Source of the DNA: the human T2T-CHM13v2.0 reference genome, Homo sapiens
Assembly (NCBI RefSeq): GCF_009914755.1
Contig: NC_060927.1
DNA length: 64,000 nt
Strand: one strand, 5' to 3'
Part shown: positions 33,578-50,233 of the stretch, piece after piece
Position numbering within the stretch: the stretch's first letter is position 1
Layout: every line of letters begins with the position of its first letter
Made by a program: the position numbers and the translations under genes
Notes under the pieces: model-generated
The model's input: the letters and a program-made list of their open reading frames with translations, nothing else
Told to the model about the DNA's origin: nothing
The model's database searches: none

Positions 33578-33657
33578 TTGGTATTTGTCTGACTAGAAGA
33601 GTGCTACCTTCGTCCTCCACCTGTTCACCCCTTTGTCTACCTCCTTTGAAGGAGAAG
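33578..33657 (+). other. TIMMDC1: TIMMDC1 intron-5 cryptic poison exon, 80 bp
   Basis: Pyrimidine tract ending TTATTAG at 33577; AAG/GTAATG donor 33658; in frame gives G-WYLSD-stop; 33583 = c.596+2146 = c.597-1340 by my exon count. Confidence 0.88.
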
Positions 33658-33804
33658 GTAATGCTATAGATTTAATGATTTTTTTAAAAATTTGAATTAA
33701 ATAAAATCAGCATGTCATAATCTACTGCTGCCATTGCTTTTGTTGTAGTGTTAATATACCAGTTTGGTTTGAAGGGAAAAGTTGTAGGAGTTAGCAACAA
33801 AAAT

Positions 33805-34240
33805 ATTTTTTATTGTGGTAATAAACACATAGCATAACATTCACCATCTTAATCATATTTTAAGTGTATAGTTCAAAAATGCTAAGTATATTCACATTGT
33901 GCATGAGATCTCTAGAACTTTTTTATCTTGAGAAATGAAACTATATGCATTAAAAACTAATTTCCCCTCCCCATACCCTCCAGCCCTCAGCAAATATATT
34001 TCTACTTTCTGTTTCTAAGATTTTGACTACTTTAGATACTTCATATGAGTGGAATCATACACTATTTGTCCTTTTGTGACTAGCTTATTTACTTAGCATA
34101 ATAATGTCCTTGAAGTTTATCTATGTTGTAACCTGTTGAACGGATTGCCCTCTTTTTTAAGGCTGCATAATACTCCATTGTATGTGTATGTTACATTTTC
34201 TTTAACCATCTGTCAGTGAACATTTATGTTGCTTCCACTT
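33805..34240 (-). mobile_element. L1MB 3' fragment
   Basis: TTTTAAGTGTATAGTTCA..TATATTCACATTGT..GTGGAATCATAC. Confidence 0.8.
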
Positions 34241-34922
34241 AGCAAAAATAGTTATTAGTATGAGGTTACTTAAATTGTAGCTGGAGGAAATTTAAGGTGT
34301 ATGAAGGTCAAATACTTCTAGTCTGAGAACACAAGAACCAAACTCTCTTCATCACTATAATAATTATTATCTAAATCAGTTTCTCAATGGGTTGCTATTG
34401 GCATTGTGGGTGAGACAGTTACGCCAGACTCTTGAACTTCAGGATATTTTGGTGGTCCCACCCCCAAAAGCCAGTAGCATCCCTCCCTCAACCAGAAATG
34501 CCCTCCACATTTCCTGTCTCCTAGAGGAGCTGGTGCCATTCTGAACTAGAAATTTCATTTTTGAGAAATCTTTGGTGTGGGGCTACTTACTAGAACTTGT
34601 CATAAATATATATATTTTTCCTCTTTGTTTTGATTTATTTCTCATTCCTCATAAAAACAGCCAGTTTCTAGATCTGTTGTTTTATTATATATCAGTTAAC
34701 TTTAGGAGGTTGTAGTGATTGTTTTTGTCTGTTGTTCAGACCAAGGAAGAGATTACCTCAATGTTTTTCTTTATTTGACAAGGACACTTTAATTCTCAAA
34801 TGTTCCTGTACCTAATAGTGAACAAGTGGCTCTGGTGTTGCTCACACCTTAGCAGAGAATCTCACATGTTGCAAGGTCTAATGACTCGTTTTTCCTAAGC
34901 TTTCCCTCTCCTTTCTTCTCAG

Positions 34923-35033
34923 CACTCCTGTAGGAGGCCTGCTGATGGCATTTCAGAAGTACTCTGGTGAGACTGTTCAGGAAAGAAAACAGAAGGATCG
35001 AAAGGCACTCCATGAGCTAAAACTGGAAGAGTG
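34923..35033 (+). CDS. TIMMDC1: TIMMDC1 exon 6, 111 bp
   Basis: ctcAG / GTAAGG; [36 protein letters not shown](W). Confidence 0.96.
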
Positions 35034-35404
35034 GTAAGGAACATGTTGAGCCCAGGGAATCTTGGCTCTCTTGCCCCAGGCCTTATATAGTGGTGCTCTT
35101 TTAAACTTATGTACTCTAAACTGCCACTCAATTCAAAGAAGAGTTTATTTTTACCAAGTCCTTCAACTCATACTGTACATTGTCTTTTAATCTATTTAAG
35201 GAGAATGGAAAAATGAAAGAGATTGATTTTAGTTTTAATTTAATGAAGATCTTTCTTTGGATATCTTTTTAAGTTAAAAGTGGTGTAAATCTTGCTTGCA
35301 TGTTTTTTCTTTTCCTGTGTTCTTAACTGCATAGGAAATTACCTAAAGGGAATATTCACCAAGGAGTGAGCTTTACCTGGCTTACTTAAAAAGTGACATC
35401 CTTA

Positions 35405-35692
35405 GCCTAGCAGGGTGGCTCATGCCTGTAATCCCAGCACTTTGGGAGGCCAAGACAGGTGGATCACCTGAGGTCAGGAGTTCGAGACCAGCCTGGCCAA
35501 CATGGCAAAACCCCATTTCTACTAAAAGTACAAAAATTAGCTGGGCATGGTGGCACGTGCCTGTAGTCCCAGCTACTCAAGGAGGCTGAGGCAGGAGAAT
35601 CACTTGAACCTGGGTAGCGGAGGTTACAGTGAGCCGTGATTGTGCTCCAGCCTGGGCCACAGAGCAAGACTCGGTCTCAAAAAAGAAAAAAA
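35405..35692 (+). mobile_element. AluS; 5'-truncated Alu also at 36205-36286
   Basis: Full dimer ~370 bp after exon 6. Confidence 0.9.
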
Positions 35693-36514
35693 GTGACTTT
35701 TTTTTTTTTTTTTGCATACATATGTAAGTAAGACACAGCATGTTAAGTCTCCACAAAAATTCTATTTCTTGCTGTAGATGCAGAGGAATTAGGTGGACAA
35801 TGGTTGTTCATGCACTGAATGCCACTGAGGAACATGAAAACTTTCACCTATTGCATCTAATCATCTCCTGGGATGCAATTTGTGGGATAGGGCAATCAGA
35901 CTGATAGCTGACTTTGCACAGATTCAATATGTAAGATGAATATAACAGGCTGCCATCTAGTGCTCCTGAGTACAAATGATTTTCACTAGTTCACCTTCCT
36001 GGGTACCTAAGACAGCATTGGCTGCTGCTGCTGTTGCTGTTTTGGTATTATAATTGGATAGATGAGAAATCATTTTTTTCCAGTGTTTTCATTTGAAACC
36101 TCCATTTCTGCTAACCACACACACACAGACACACACACGGAAATTCTTAAGAGCTGTAGGTCCATCATCCAAGGACTTAAGTGCTATATGAGAAGAAAAG
36201 CATTGAGGTTGCAGTGAGCTGAGATTGCGCCACTGCACTCCAGCCTGGGCCACAGAGCAATACTTCATCTCAAAAAAAAAAAAAAATTAAAAAAGTAAAT
36301 GAAACATTAAAAACTGCAGAAGTTTGTCAGTGATTTAGAGATCAGTGATTTTGAGATGGAAAAGCTTAAGAATGGCTGGCTATGGCCATTCTAAGGTCAT
36401 TCACCTGGAGTCTTCCACCACTGGCAACCCTGCCAATTCTAGTGGCTGAGCTGCCACGTGCACCCCCTGAAGACTGGCTCATCCAGGGTCCACTGCCACC
36501 ATTTACCTCCCCCC

Positions 36515-40425
<3,911 letters not shown>

Positions 40426-40517
40426 GACAGATGGATAAAAACAACTTGAATCATAGTAATGAAAGAATACTTTGGCAGAATGAAAGTGTCAAAATTGTAT
40501 AGCATATACACGTATGG

Positions 40518-40518
40518 G

Positions 40519-40554
<36 letters not shown>
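40518..40554. repeat. (TG)n microsatellite
   Basis: About 15 TG units; a (CA)n also lies at ~36116-36138. Confidence 0.92.
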
Positions 40555-40556
<2 letters not shown>

Positions 40557-41323
40557 ATATTTCTAAGGAGAGTTAATAAACGTTTAAGTGTCTTGTATGT
40601 GCCTACTTCTTCGCTTGAAAATAATACAGGAAAATCAAACAAATTGAGAGTCAAAAAAATTGCCTCAATGAGCAGAAAATGTAGAAAACTGACTATAGAG
40701 ATATAGAAGAACAAATGACCAAATCTGTGAAGAGTTGAGAAGAAACTTTAATCCCGATAATCACTTAAGGAAGACACTAATACTTGATTTAGAAACAGAA
40801 CTGATCTATTATTTGGAAATTAGTTTTTAACTCTTCATAAATATAAATCTATAGTTTTGTTCTATCTGACTTTTCTCTACCTTGGATTACCATTGTTATA
40901 GCCTTTGACCAGTTCCTAAAAGGTCTGGTCACAGAGTTTAAGAGTGGCAGGGTACTTACATTCCCCCAGCCCTGGGAGCAAGAGGACAGCGAGACTTCAA
41001 GCCTTCACACCTTAGCACAAAGTGTGTCAGTTCCCACACATCACTCCTGTGAGAACTCTAGGACCCAGCATACTAGGAATATCTTATGGATCAGAGCTGT
41101 CACCACAACGGTATCCATTATGGTAATGTGGAAATCATAATTGGCTTGTGAGGTTAGGAGAGAGAAGAAAGTTACTGTATTTGAAGTTCAGGGAGCAGTA
41201 TTTGCTTCTAAATTGCTATACCAAAGCAGGGAGGAAAAGACAAATGCTATCCTTTTTGTTTTAAATCTGTAAGAACTAAAGAAATGGAGCAGTATTTGAT
41301 TTATCCTTTTTATCTGATTACAG

Positions 41324-41474
41324 GAAAGGCAGACTACAAGTTACTGAGCACCTCCCTGAGAAAATTGAAAGTAGTTTACAGGAAGATGAACCTGAGAATG
41401 ATGCTAAGAAAATTGAAGCACTGCTAAACCTTCCTAGAAACCCTTCAGTAATAGATAAACAAGACAAGGACTGA
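41324..41474 (+). CDS. TIMMDC1: TIMMDC1 exon 7 coding part
   Basis: tacAG acceptor; [52 protein letters not shown]; spliced CDS totals 858 nt = 285 aa (complex I assembly factor). Confidence 0.97.
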
Positions 41475-41758
41475 AAGTGCTCTGAACTTGAAACTCACTG
41501 GAGAGCTGAAGGGAGCTGCCATGTCCGATGAATGCCAACAGACAGGCCACTCTTTGGTCAGCCTGCTGACAAATTTAAGTGCTGGTACCTGTGGTGGCAG
41601 TGGCTTGCTCTTGTCTTTTTCTTTTCTTTTTAACTAAGAATGGGGCTGTTGTACTCTCACTTTACTTATCCTTAAATTTAAATACATACTTATGTTTGTA
41701 TTAATCTATCAATATATGCATACATGAATATATCCACCCACCTAGATTTTAAGCAGTA

Positions 41759-41981
41759 AATAAAACATTTCGCAAAAGATTAAAGTTGAATTTTACAGTT
41801 CGTATATTCATGTGGTCCTTTGAAAGGGTATTCTAGAAATCACTGGAAAGAGGAGAGGAAAGAACCAGGTAGGCAAATGGTCTGTGAAACCCTTGGGTCC
41901 TGGAAGCAGTGTGAGTGTAAATGTGTAGTGTTTGGTTTCATCTAAATAAACAAAGATGATTTCTTTGACACTTGAAATAAA
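41759..41981 (+). terminator. TIMMDC1: TIMMDC1 polyA signal cluster
   Basis: AATAAA 41759-64, ATTAAA 41779-84, AATAAA 41945-50 and 41976-81. Confidence 0.75.
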
Positions 41982-42010
41982 ATACAAATTCAACAAAAAG
42001 TAGATCAGCA

Positions 42011-43467
42011 TTATTAAAGAAACGGTTCAACTTTGTTTCTTCCCTTAGTATTGCTGACAAAGTATCTGCTGTAGAATACAGGAATTACTTAGAATAGAAA
42101 CATAGTCATCACAACTGTTACTAAATGGAAAAGAAAAGAATTATTGAGTTAAGTATTCCTGTCAATACGGGAAACACTGCTAGTACCTTATGTTGGTGTT
42201 AGACCTCTCTGCCCTACACTGAGAATATAGTTTTACACAGGAGCAAGGTTTGTGAAGCAGCATAGTGAGGTAGCTAAAGCCATGGGCTGGCTCTAAAGGC
42301 TTTAAATCCCAGCCATGTGGCTTAGCTGCCATGAGATGTGCATTTGAGAAATGTTGTCTTCTTTTGCTGTTCAACTCCAGATTTTCAGATGATAATGTGA
42401 TTATCCCAGCTTAAGTTGCGTCCACTTCTGGTCTAGTGAATTGTGGAAGGCAGTTTTAGAGAAAGGAGTCATGAGTAACATGAACAGCAGTTGGCTATGT
42501 CTTTCCAGTTCTCTGCTGATGTCAGAAAGACCCAGAAATACCAAGGAGAAAAAGCCATCTTAGGGATCTAAGGAGGCCCTATGGAAAGTTACTACCTTAG
42601 ACATTTGAAGATAGCTTACTGCTTAGTACATACACTGTAAACAACGATCTCATTTTAAATGAGAACTTTCTCATAAATATTTTACAAATGAGGTCAAACT
42701 AGCATAAAGCCATTTAAAGAGATTATCAGTCCAATATGAACCAGTTAAGTCTTTGGACTATCCCTTTCCTCCTTGACTACTGCTTTGACGTACCTAAATC
42801 ATTCGTCTTACATGTCAGAGGAAATTAGTTTTGGATAGTTCTCCTTTCTGCTGTACCTCATGGGGGAGTGAGAGAGCAGCAATAGAGAACACAATGAAAA
42901 AAATGGAATACTGGGTAAACACCAATAATATTTCCATTAGTCTCCTAAAGATGTTCATGCCATACTTCCTATGCATTACATTGGGCTTTTGTAAACAGCA
43001 GCATAAAATCTTCTACTCTGACATTAGGAAATCAGATAGTCTCTGAAGTTGACCTGTTATTGGACAAATTCTACTTCCAGCAGCACTTTGCCTGACATAT
43101 ATATGTATATACCAGTTAACAGGCCACAGTCAAACTGATAAAGGGAAAGAGCACCAGAGTTAGGAAATCTGGGTTCTGGCGCTGGCCTTTATAATTCGGG
43201 TCACCTCCCTGGGCCTCAGTGCCTTTGTCATTAATAACACTGGTATTCTCTAAAGTCCCTTCCAGAACTCAAGAATTCTGCATTTCAAAACACCTTGATC
43301 AAGGTCACCAGAGCTACTTCTGTGCCCACCATATTCCTCTAGACACTTCCTGCAAAGCAACTGAAGTGAAGAAGCACCTAAGAGCAGATACGTAAAGGGC
43401 AAGGTGGGGTAATCTTGTCCATCTGAGGAAGTTCCCAGAAGAGGTCAATTGCAAATGGAGGTGGGAC
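42011..43467 (-). other. CD80: CD80 non-coding last exon (3'UTR); distal end approximate
   Basis: Minus-strand acceptor tttctcAG/GTCCCACCTCC (plus CT 43468-69); distal end from recalled annotation, only the variant hexamer AAGAAA (plus 42036-41) is visible. Confidence 0.75.
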
Positions 43468-43525
43468 CTGAGAAAACAAAGAAATGATTACATCAAACCC
43501 TATATTGGCAAAGGAGGAAAACATC

Positions 43526-43635
43526 TTAAATTTATTTATATATTAAATTATACATATATAATTTTTAAATTATATATGTATATATGTATATATAATTTAA
43601 TTATATATGTATATATATATATTTTAAATATAAGA
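43526..43635. repeat. (TA)n-rich quasi-palindromic tract
   Basis: AAATTATATATGTATATATGTATATATAATTT and similar. Confidence 0.88.
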
Positions 43636-45193
43636 TCTTAATTTTAATCTCTTAATTTACATTTTAATCTCAAGATCAAGGGTATTCCCAGCTTGTACAC
43701 AGTAACCTTGATAGCTGAAGAATATGAAGGGAAAGCTGAATTATGAGAGAACTTAAAACTACTCTGGCAATTTTTGTCACATGAAATATCGATCAGGCAA
43801 ATGTTTAGTTATTACCAGCTATTACCAAACGACCAAATGCTTGATCAAGCCACTCTTCTATGTGTGGGGCTCTCAGGCATGGTTGCTTTTCTCAATAAAC
43901 CTACATACAGTCCAGTAAAGGATAGAAGGAAGATGTGGTACATGAAAATCAACCTATGCTGGTGGTATGAGATGTGCTATAGAGGTGGAACTGCTTGAGC
44001 TAGACAAGATGACCACAGAAGGCCTTGTGTAGAAGATTGGGTACACGGCTTCATTTTGAAGTATCAGCAGACTGAGCAGAAGACTTTTTAGATAGAAAGT
44101 CAAGAAAATTGTAGATAATGACAGAACTGAGCCAGAGCAACATCCTGGAAAAGACATTCTGAGGAGTGAGCAAGCATTCAGTGGAAATGAAAAAACAGGA
44201 TAGGAAGTTGAGACACTGCCTTGGGGGAAAATATGTGTAGGCTGCCAGGTTGTAGGGAAAGGAGCCTGAACTTGATGTCCAGTTTGAATCTTGGTTTTAT
44301 TCTTCATCTGTATGACCGTACCTCAAGCAAATCTCTTAACCTCTGGGAGCCTCTGGTTTCTCTCCCATAACATGGAAATAGATCTTGCTCATAGAGATTT
44401 TTATAAGACTAAGATGAAATAGTGTTTTTGCAAAACAACCTGTTGTATAAGCGTCAGGTATTATTTTTCATTTTTCTTTATATTTCCCCCTCCTGCCCAG
44501 GACAATTCTTGCTTTCCTTTATTTTTAAAGATAATTTTGTAGACTAATTCCTATACTGGTGTTACTCTAACCTTCACAAGTCAAAGCTGAACTGTTTAGG
44601 GAGGCTTATAACTACCTGGGACCTGATATCAGTCTCTTGGATTCTAATGTCCCATGTAAGTTTCTCTTGCATGAAAATACCTGGGGATTTGTGACTCACT
44701 AAAGCTAGTGCTGTGTTAGGCTCTCTTAACAGGATGGACATTCCAGACCCCAGATAATAATTATCTCATTGTATGTAGAGTCATTAAGACCAAATCTAAA
44801 GTCTTGGGTTCCGTTTACCCCATTCATGTGAGGCACTGGAAACCATGCCATGTGAGGAACAATTGACAGAACTCAAGGGTATTTAGACTGAAGAGATCAG
44901 CTGGAATGTGGAAAGTTAAAAAGCTTTGAAGCTTTTTCTGTAGGCAGTGGGGTCTCTTCTGAGTTTTTGAGTGGGAAAATGACATGACAGAGTAATTCTT
45001 TGTGAAATTTGGCTCCATGATTCGTCAGTAGGATGAGTCTGTTAGTAAGAGGCAGAGAAACCAATGAAAATGTTACCGTGTTAATACAAAGTGACCCCAA
45101 CCCATGTCCATCAATACTGAGAGATAGAGGGAAAAATGAATGATCAGAATAAGAAGTTACCACAGGAATATTCAAGATGAACTCAAATTAGTG

Positions 45194-45199
45194 TTTAAT
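45194..45199 (-). terminator. CD80: CD80 proximal polyA signal (ATTAAA) for an unspliced short 3'UTR
   Basis: Plus-strand TTTAAT ~290 nt after the stop; agrees with my recollection of the 3' end of the original B7 cDNA. Confidence 0.65.
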
Positions 45200-45488
45200 A
45201 GATAATGAATTGGCTGACAAGACAATTCAAGATGGCAGAATGGAAACATGGCAAAAGAAGAGGTTACATTAAGCAAATTGCATATGGGGAGAAAGGAGAG
45301 GGATGCCAGCCATCTTGTAACTGTTCAGCTTAATCTGAAAGAGGTTTTTAAGAAGGTGAGGTAGTGGGTAAAACAGCTTAAATTTGTTAAGGGAAGAATG
45401 CCTCATGATCCCCACGATCCATGTATCCCAGAAGAGATGACGGAGGCTACCTTCAGATCTTTTCAGCCCCTTGCTTCTGCGGACACTG

Positions 45489-45559
45489 TTATACAGGGCG
45501 TACACTTTCCCTTCTCAATCTCTCATTCCTCCTTCTCTCTCTGCATCTTGGGGCAAAGC
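45489..45559 (-). CDS. CD80: CD80 cytoplasmic-tail exon coding part (exon spans 45451-45559)
   Basis: ccaAG acceptor; (C)FAPRCRERRRNERLRRESVRPV-TAA; donor GTAGCC 38 nt after the stop. Confidence 0.97.
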
Positions 45560-45665
45560 CTTGGAGACAAGAACAAACAATAAAAATGATAAGTAAGTTT
45601 CCCTTGAATTGTGCCCATATGTTAATATTTACTTTAGCAAGGCTTCAGACTGGCTTAGAACTGGA

Positions 45666-45903
45666 GCAGTTGTTCTTATACCAGGGGTGATTTACAATGC
45701 TCCCTCTTTACCTCTTTGCCAAGGGGACATTTGGCAATGCTTGGGGATATTTTTGATTGTCGCAACGGGCAAGGGGTGCTACTGGCATGTAGTGAGTAGA
45801 GGCTAAGGAAGCTGCTAAACATCCTACAGTGCACAGAACAGCACTCCAAAACAAAGAATTATCTTGCCCAAAATGCCAATAATGTTGAGGATGAGAGCCC
45901 CTG
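45666..45903 (-). mobile_element. MER20
   Basis: GGGGACATTTGGCAATG..GTGCTACTGGCAT..GCTGCTAAACATCCTACAGTGCACAG. Confidence 0.82.
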
Positions 45904-46387
45904 AATTAAAGGGGTAACACTGGATAGTTGGTATTAGAAACATCCTTGAGCCCACCAGACCTCTTTATCCTACCCTTGGGATAAGTTGTTAACAGCACAT
46001 ACTCTCTAAAGAATTCACTGAGCTTTGGGTTTTTTTGGTGCTAAAGCCTGGGAAAATCAGCAGATGTTGATCTTCCGATTTTATTTGATCAGTGTACATG
46101 ATTTCTACTCAAAGAAGGGTTGGTACCCCTTCATAGTGATTATGGCCTTATTTCGGACCATAGAACTAGCAGTTCCTCTTCATTTAATCATAGAGATTGA
46201 GGGCAGCATATGTCTAACACCCAAAGTGTAAATTCATAGGGTAAAATATCTTAGAAATCTCTTCTTTCATCAGCCACTCCTGATCTTTCATCCAAAAATG
46301 TATTCTAAAGAACTGAGAAAATGGACATTTTCCAGACACCTATGTGTGTGGCACTCTACTAGGCACTGGAATTCCAAAGACAAGAAG

Positions 46388-46977
<590 letters not shown>

Positions 46978-47116
46978 TGAGAATTGGTGAGATCACCTGT
47001 AGCCATGTAGTTTCTCAACTGTATTAGTGCATCTTGCCCTCCTCCAAGAAAATGATTCTTGGCACCAAAATTTGTCAATTTGCCTTTTCTCTAACTCCAA
47101 ATCAAAATTAGAATAT

Positions 47117-47202
47117 CAGCAGGATGGTGGCCATGGAAGTTGGAATTCACTAAGGAGTGTGTAACAACTCACCTGCCAAATCGACTAGCCCTTAAAAAAA
47201 AA
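47117..47202 (+). pseudogene. Retroposed internal fragment of 28S rRNA
   Basis: CAGCAGGAtGGTGGCCATGGAAGTtGGAATtCaCTAAGGAGTGTGTAACAACTCACCTGCC matches the conserved LSU core; A9 tail; 15-bp TSD AAAATTAGAATATCA 47104-18 and 47199-213. Confidence 0.9.
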
Positions 47203-47562
47203 TTAGAATATCATTTAGCATCAGAAACGTTTTCAAATTAGTTAGCAAACCCCAGTCTCCAAAAATATATAAAGTCAGGGAAAAAATAAACAGACTAAAC
47301 TAGAATGTGTCTTGAGGGCAGTGACTTCTTGTCATTGTAATTCCAGTGCCTAGTAGAGTGCCACACACGTAGGAGGTGTCCGGAAAATGTCCAGTGAATG
47401 AACAGAACTTGTTGAGACAAGTAAAGGAGATGCTCATGTTTCCATAGGCTTGCTGTAAACATGAGAAGCGAATAGGCTAAAACCTCAGAGAGATGCCGAA
47501 CCATGGTAATAAAGTTTGATCTTCCAGAATTGAGATCAGGATGATGGTATGATAGTACTTAC

Positions 47563-47658
47563 AGTAGGTCAGGCAGCATATCACAAAAATTCCATTTACT
47601 GAGATTAAGGTAATGGCCCAGGATGGGAGCAGGTTATCAGGAAAATGCTCTTGCTTGG
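47563..47658 (-). CDS. CD80: CD80 transmembrane exon, 96 bp, phase 1-1
   Basis: ccatAG / GTAAGT; TKQEHFPDNLLPSWAITLISVNGIFVICCLTY. Confidence 0.97.
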
Positions 47659-48546
47659 CTATGGAGGGAAAAGAATAATGTCAGCTGTAATGTATTTCCT
47701 ACTGCCTGATACTCATTCTGTGCCTTTTCTATTGATGCAACTGTGGAGTATTCTTTGCCTGGTCAGCTCTCCAGTATGCAGCTGCTAGCATTTTTCTTGC
47801 ATAATTCTTCAATCAGGCACATACTTGTGGGCAACTAATAGTCAGATGTCACATATTAAAAGTGAAAAAGATACTTTGAATGTCTGCATTTACTGAGTTA
47901 AGTTGACATAAGGAAGATTCTAAGGAAATCTTTTACAAGCCATCTTGCAGTATCTCACTTTTATAGCTGATTATAACTATGTGTTACTACTAACTGGTTG
48001 ATGTTGTGTTCTAGGTATACTTTATTTTTCCTTCTCTAGCTCTGTCGTGCCTTCTCCCTTTCTCCTACCATATTCTCTCTCAACACATACACATCACACA
48101 CACCCTTACCTCACAGTAGCTGCCCTAAAGCTACAGGAGCCACTTTGCATTCACTTTCGGATACAGGTTTTTCACCCTCTAGCTACTGGAAACACAGAAC
48201 AAGTCTGGCAAAGAACTAAGTGTGGATATGGCTTGGTATTAGGTGGGACCATCCTAGAAGAGAGCACTGAAGGTTATCAGCTGTAGTTTCAGTCCCACAG
48301 AGAGCACAAGAAGTACACAAGGAAATGAGGGTGGGGAGGAGAAAGGTGTTGGTGGATATGGTGCTGCGGGTCCATCCCTCCAGATCAGGAGCAGCAGCTG
48401 CAGTATTTATTCTTCAGCTGCTTTGAGGAATCATTAGCAACATCTGGAAAAACGGCAGGGACACAAATTATAGCAGCTCATTTTCTGGTTTCTCTGAAAT
48501 GGCTTACAAATAAATGAATATTTACTAACTTATTGTTTTTACTTTT

Positions 48547-49332
48547 TTTCTTCATGCTGAAGTTTTATTTAAAACATAAAAGAAATGTTCCCCCAAAATG
48601 CTAGTGAATAAAGCAAAAGGATACGACACAGTGCTCTCTCACTATGAGTTAGCCAGCCTATCCAAGTACAGGGTAATATACAGTACTCAATGCTGGTAGA
48701 ATTTCACAGTAGTTTAGTGTTAAAGATTATCTGTGCCTAGATTATGAAGAGATTCTCAATGTGTGATGCTTAGTTCTGGGTTTACACCTTACTGGGCATG
48801 AACAAGAGCCCCTGCTCCTTGGCCATAGCCAAATCCCTTGGGCCCAAAGTTCTTTGCATAGCACCATTACAATAGATTTCACCTTCTTTTTCAGTCAGAG
48901 TTGTTGATTCAAGACTCTTCCCACACTTTGCACATCAGAAACAGTTTTTGTGCCAGGGCTTTCCAGCTCCAATTATCTTCTCGGCAGCATATACAGAATC
49001 CCCACATCTGGAACATTTCTCAGCACCTCCATATTTCTGAGCAAATTTAGAAGCATTTGGATTTCTTGTAGGCCTGTGAGGCTGAACACTCTCTGGCTTG
49101 ATGCCCAGCCTCTCGCCATGTTAAGCGTGCCAGCACCCTGGCCATAACCATAGCCTTTTGTCCCATATTTCTTTCCATAGTAGGATTTGCAGTAGATCTC
49201 TTCATTGTGAATTGCCACTGTTGTGCTATCTAAATTTTTCCTGCAAACCATTGAGTCGGAGGCAGGAGCATGCACCACAGGCGGAGCTAGCAAGGCTGGG
49301 CTGGAGAGAGGGTCCAGGGAGTCCAAGATCCC
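48547..49332 (-). pseudogene. CSRP2P1: CSRP2 processed pseudogene in CD80 intron
   Basis: Intronless LIM/glycine-rich sequence ([56 protein letters not shown] at 48789-91); frameshift ~49116; TGA 48935-37; AATAAA (plus 48564-69); A-tail remnant; 13-bp TSD TGTTTTTACTTTT at 48534-46 and 49333-45. Confidence 0.93.
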
Positions 49333-49349
49333 TGTTTTTACTTTTCTGA

Positions 49350-50233
<884 letters not shown>

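Noticed and set aside
47117-47195. Functional rRNA gene or contamination
   Set aside because: Only ~76 nt, diverged by CpG decay and enclosed by TSDs
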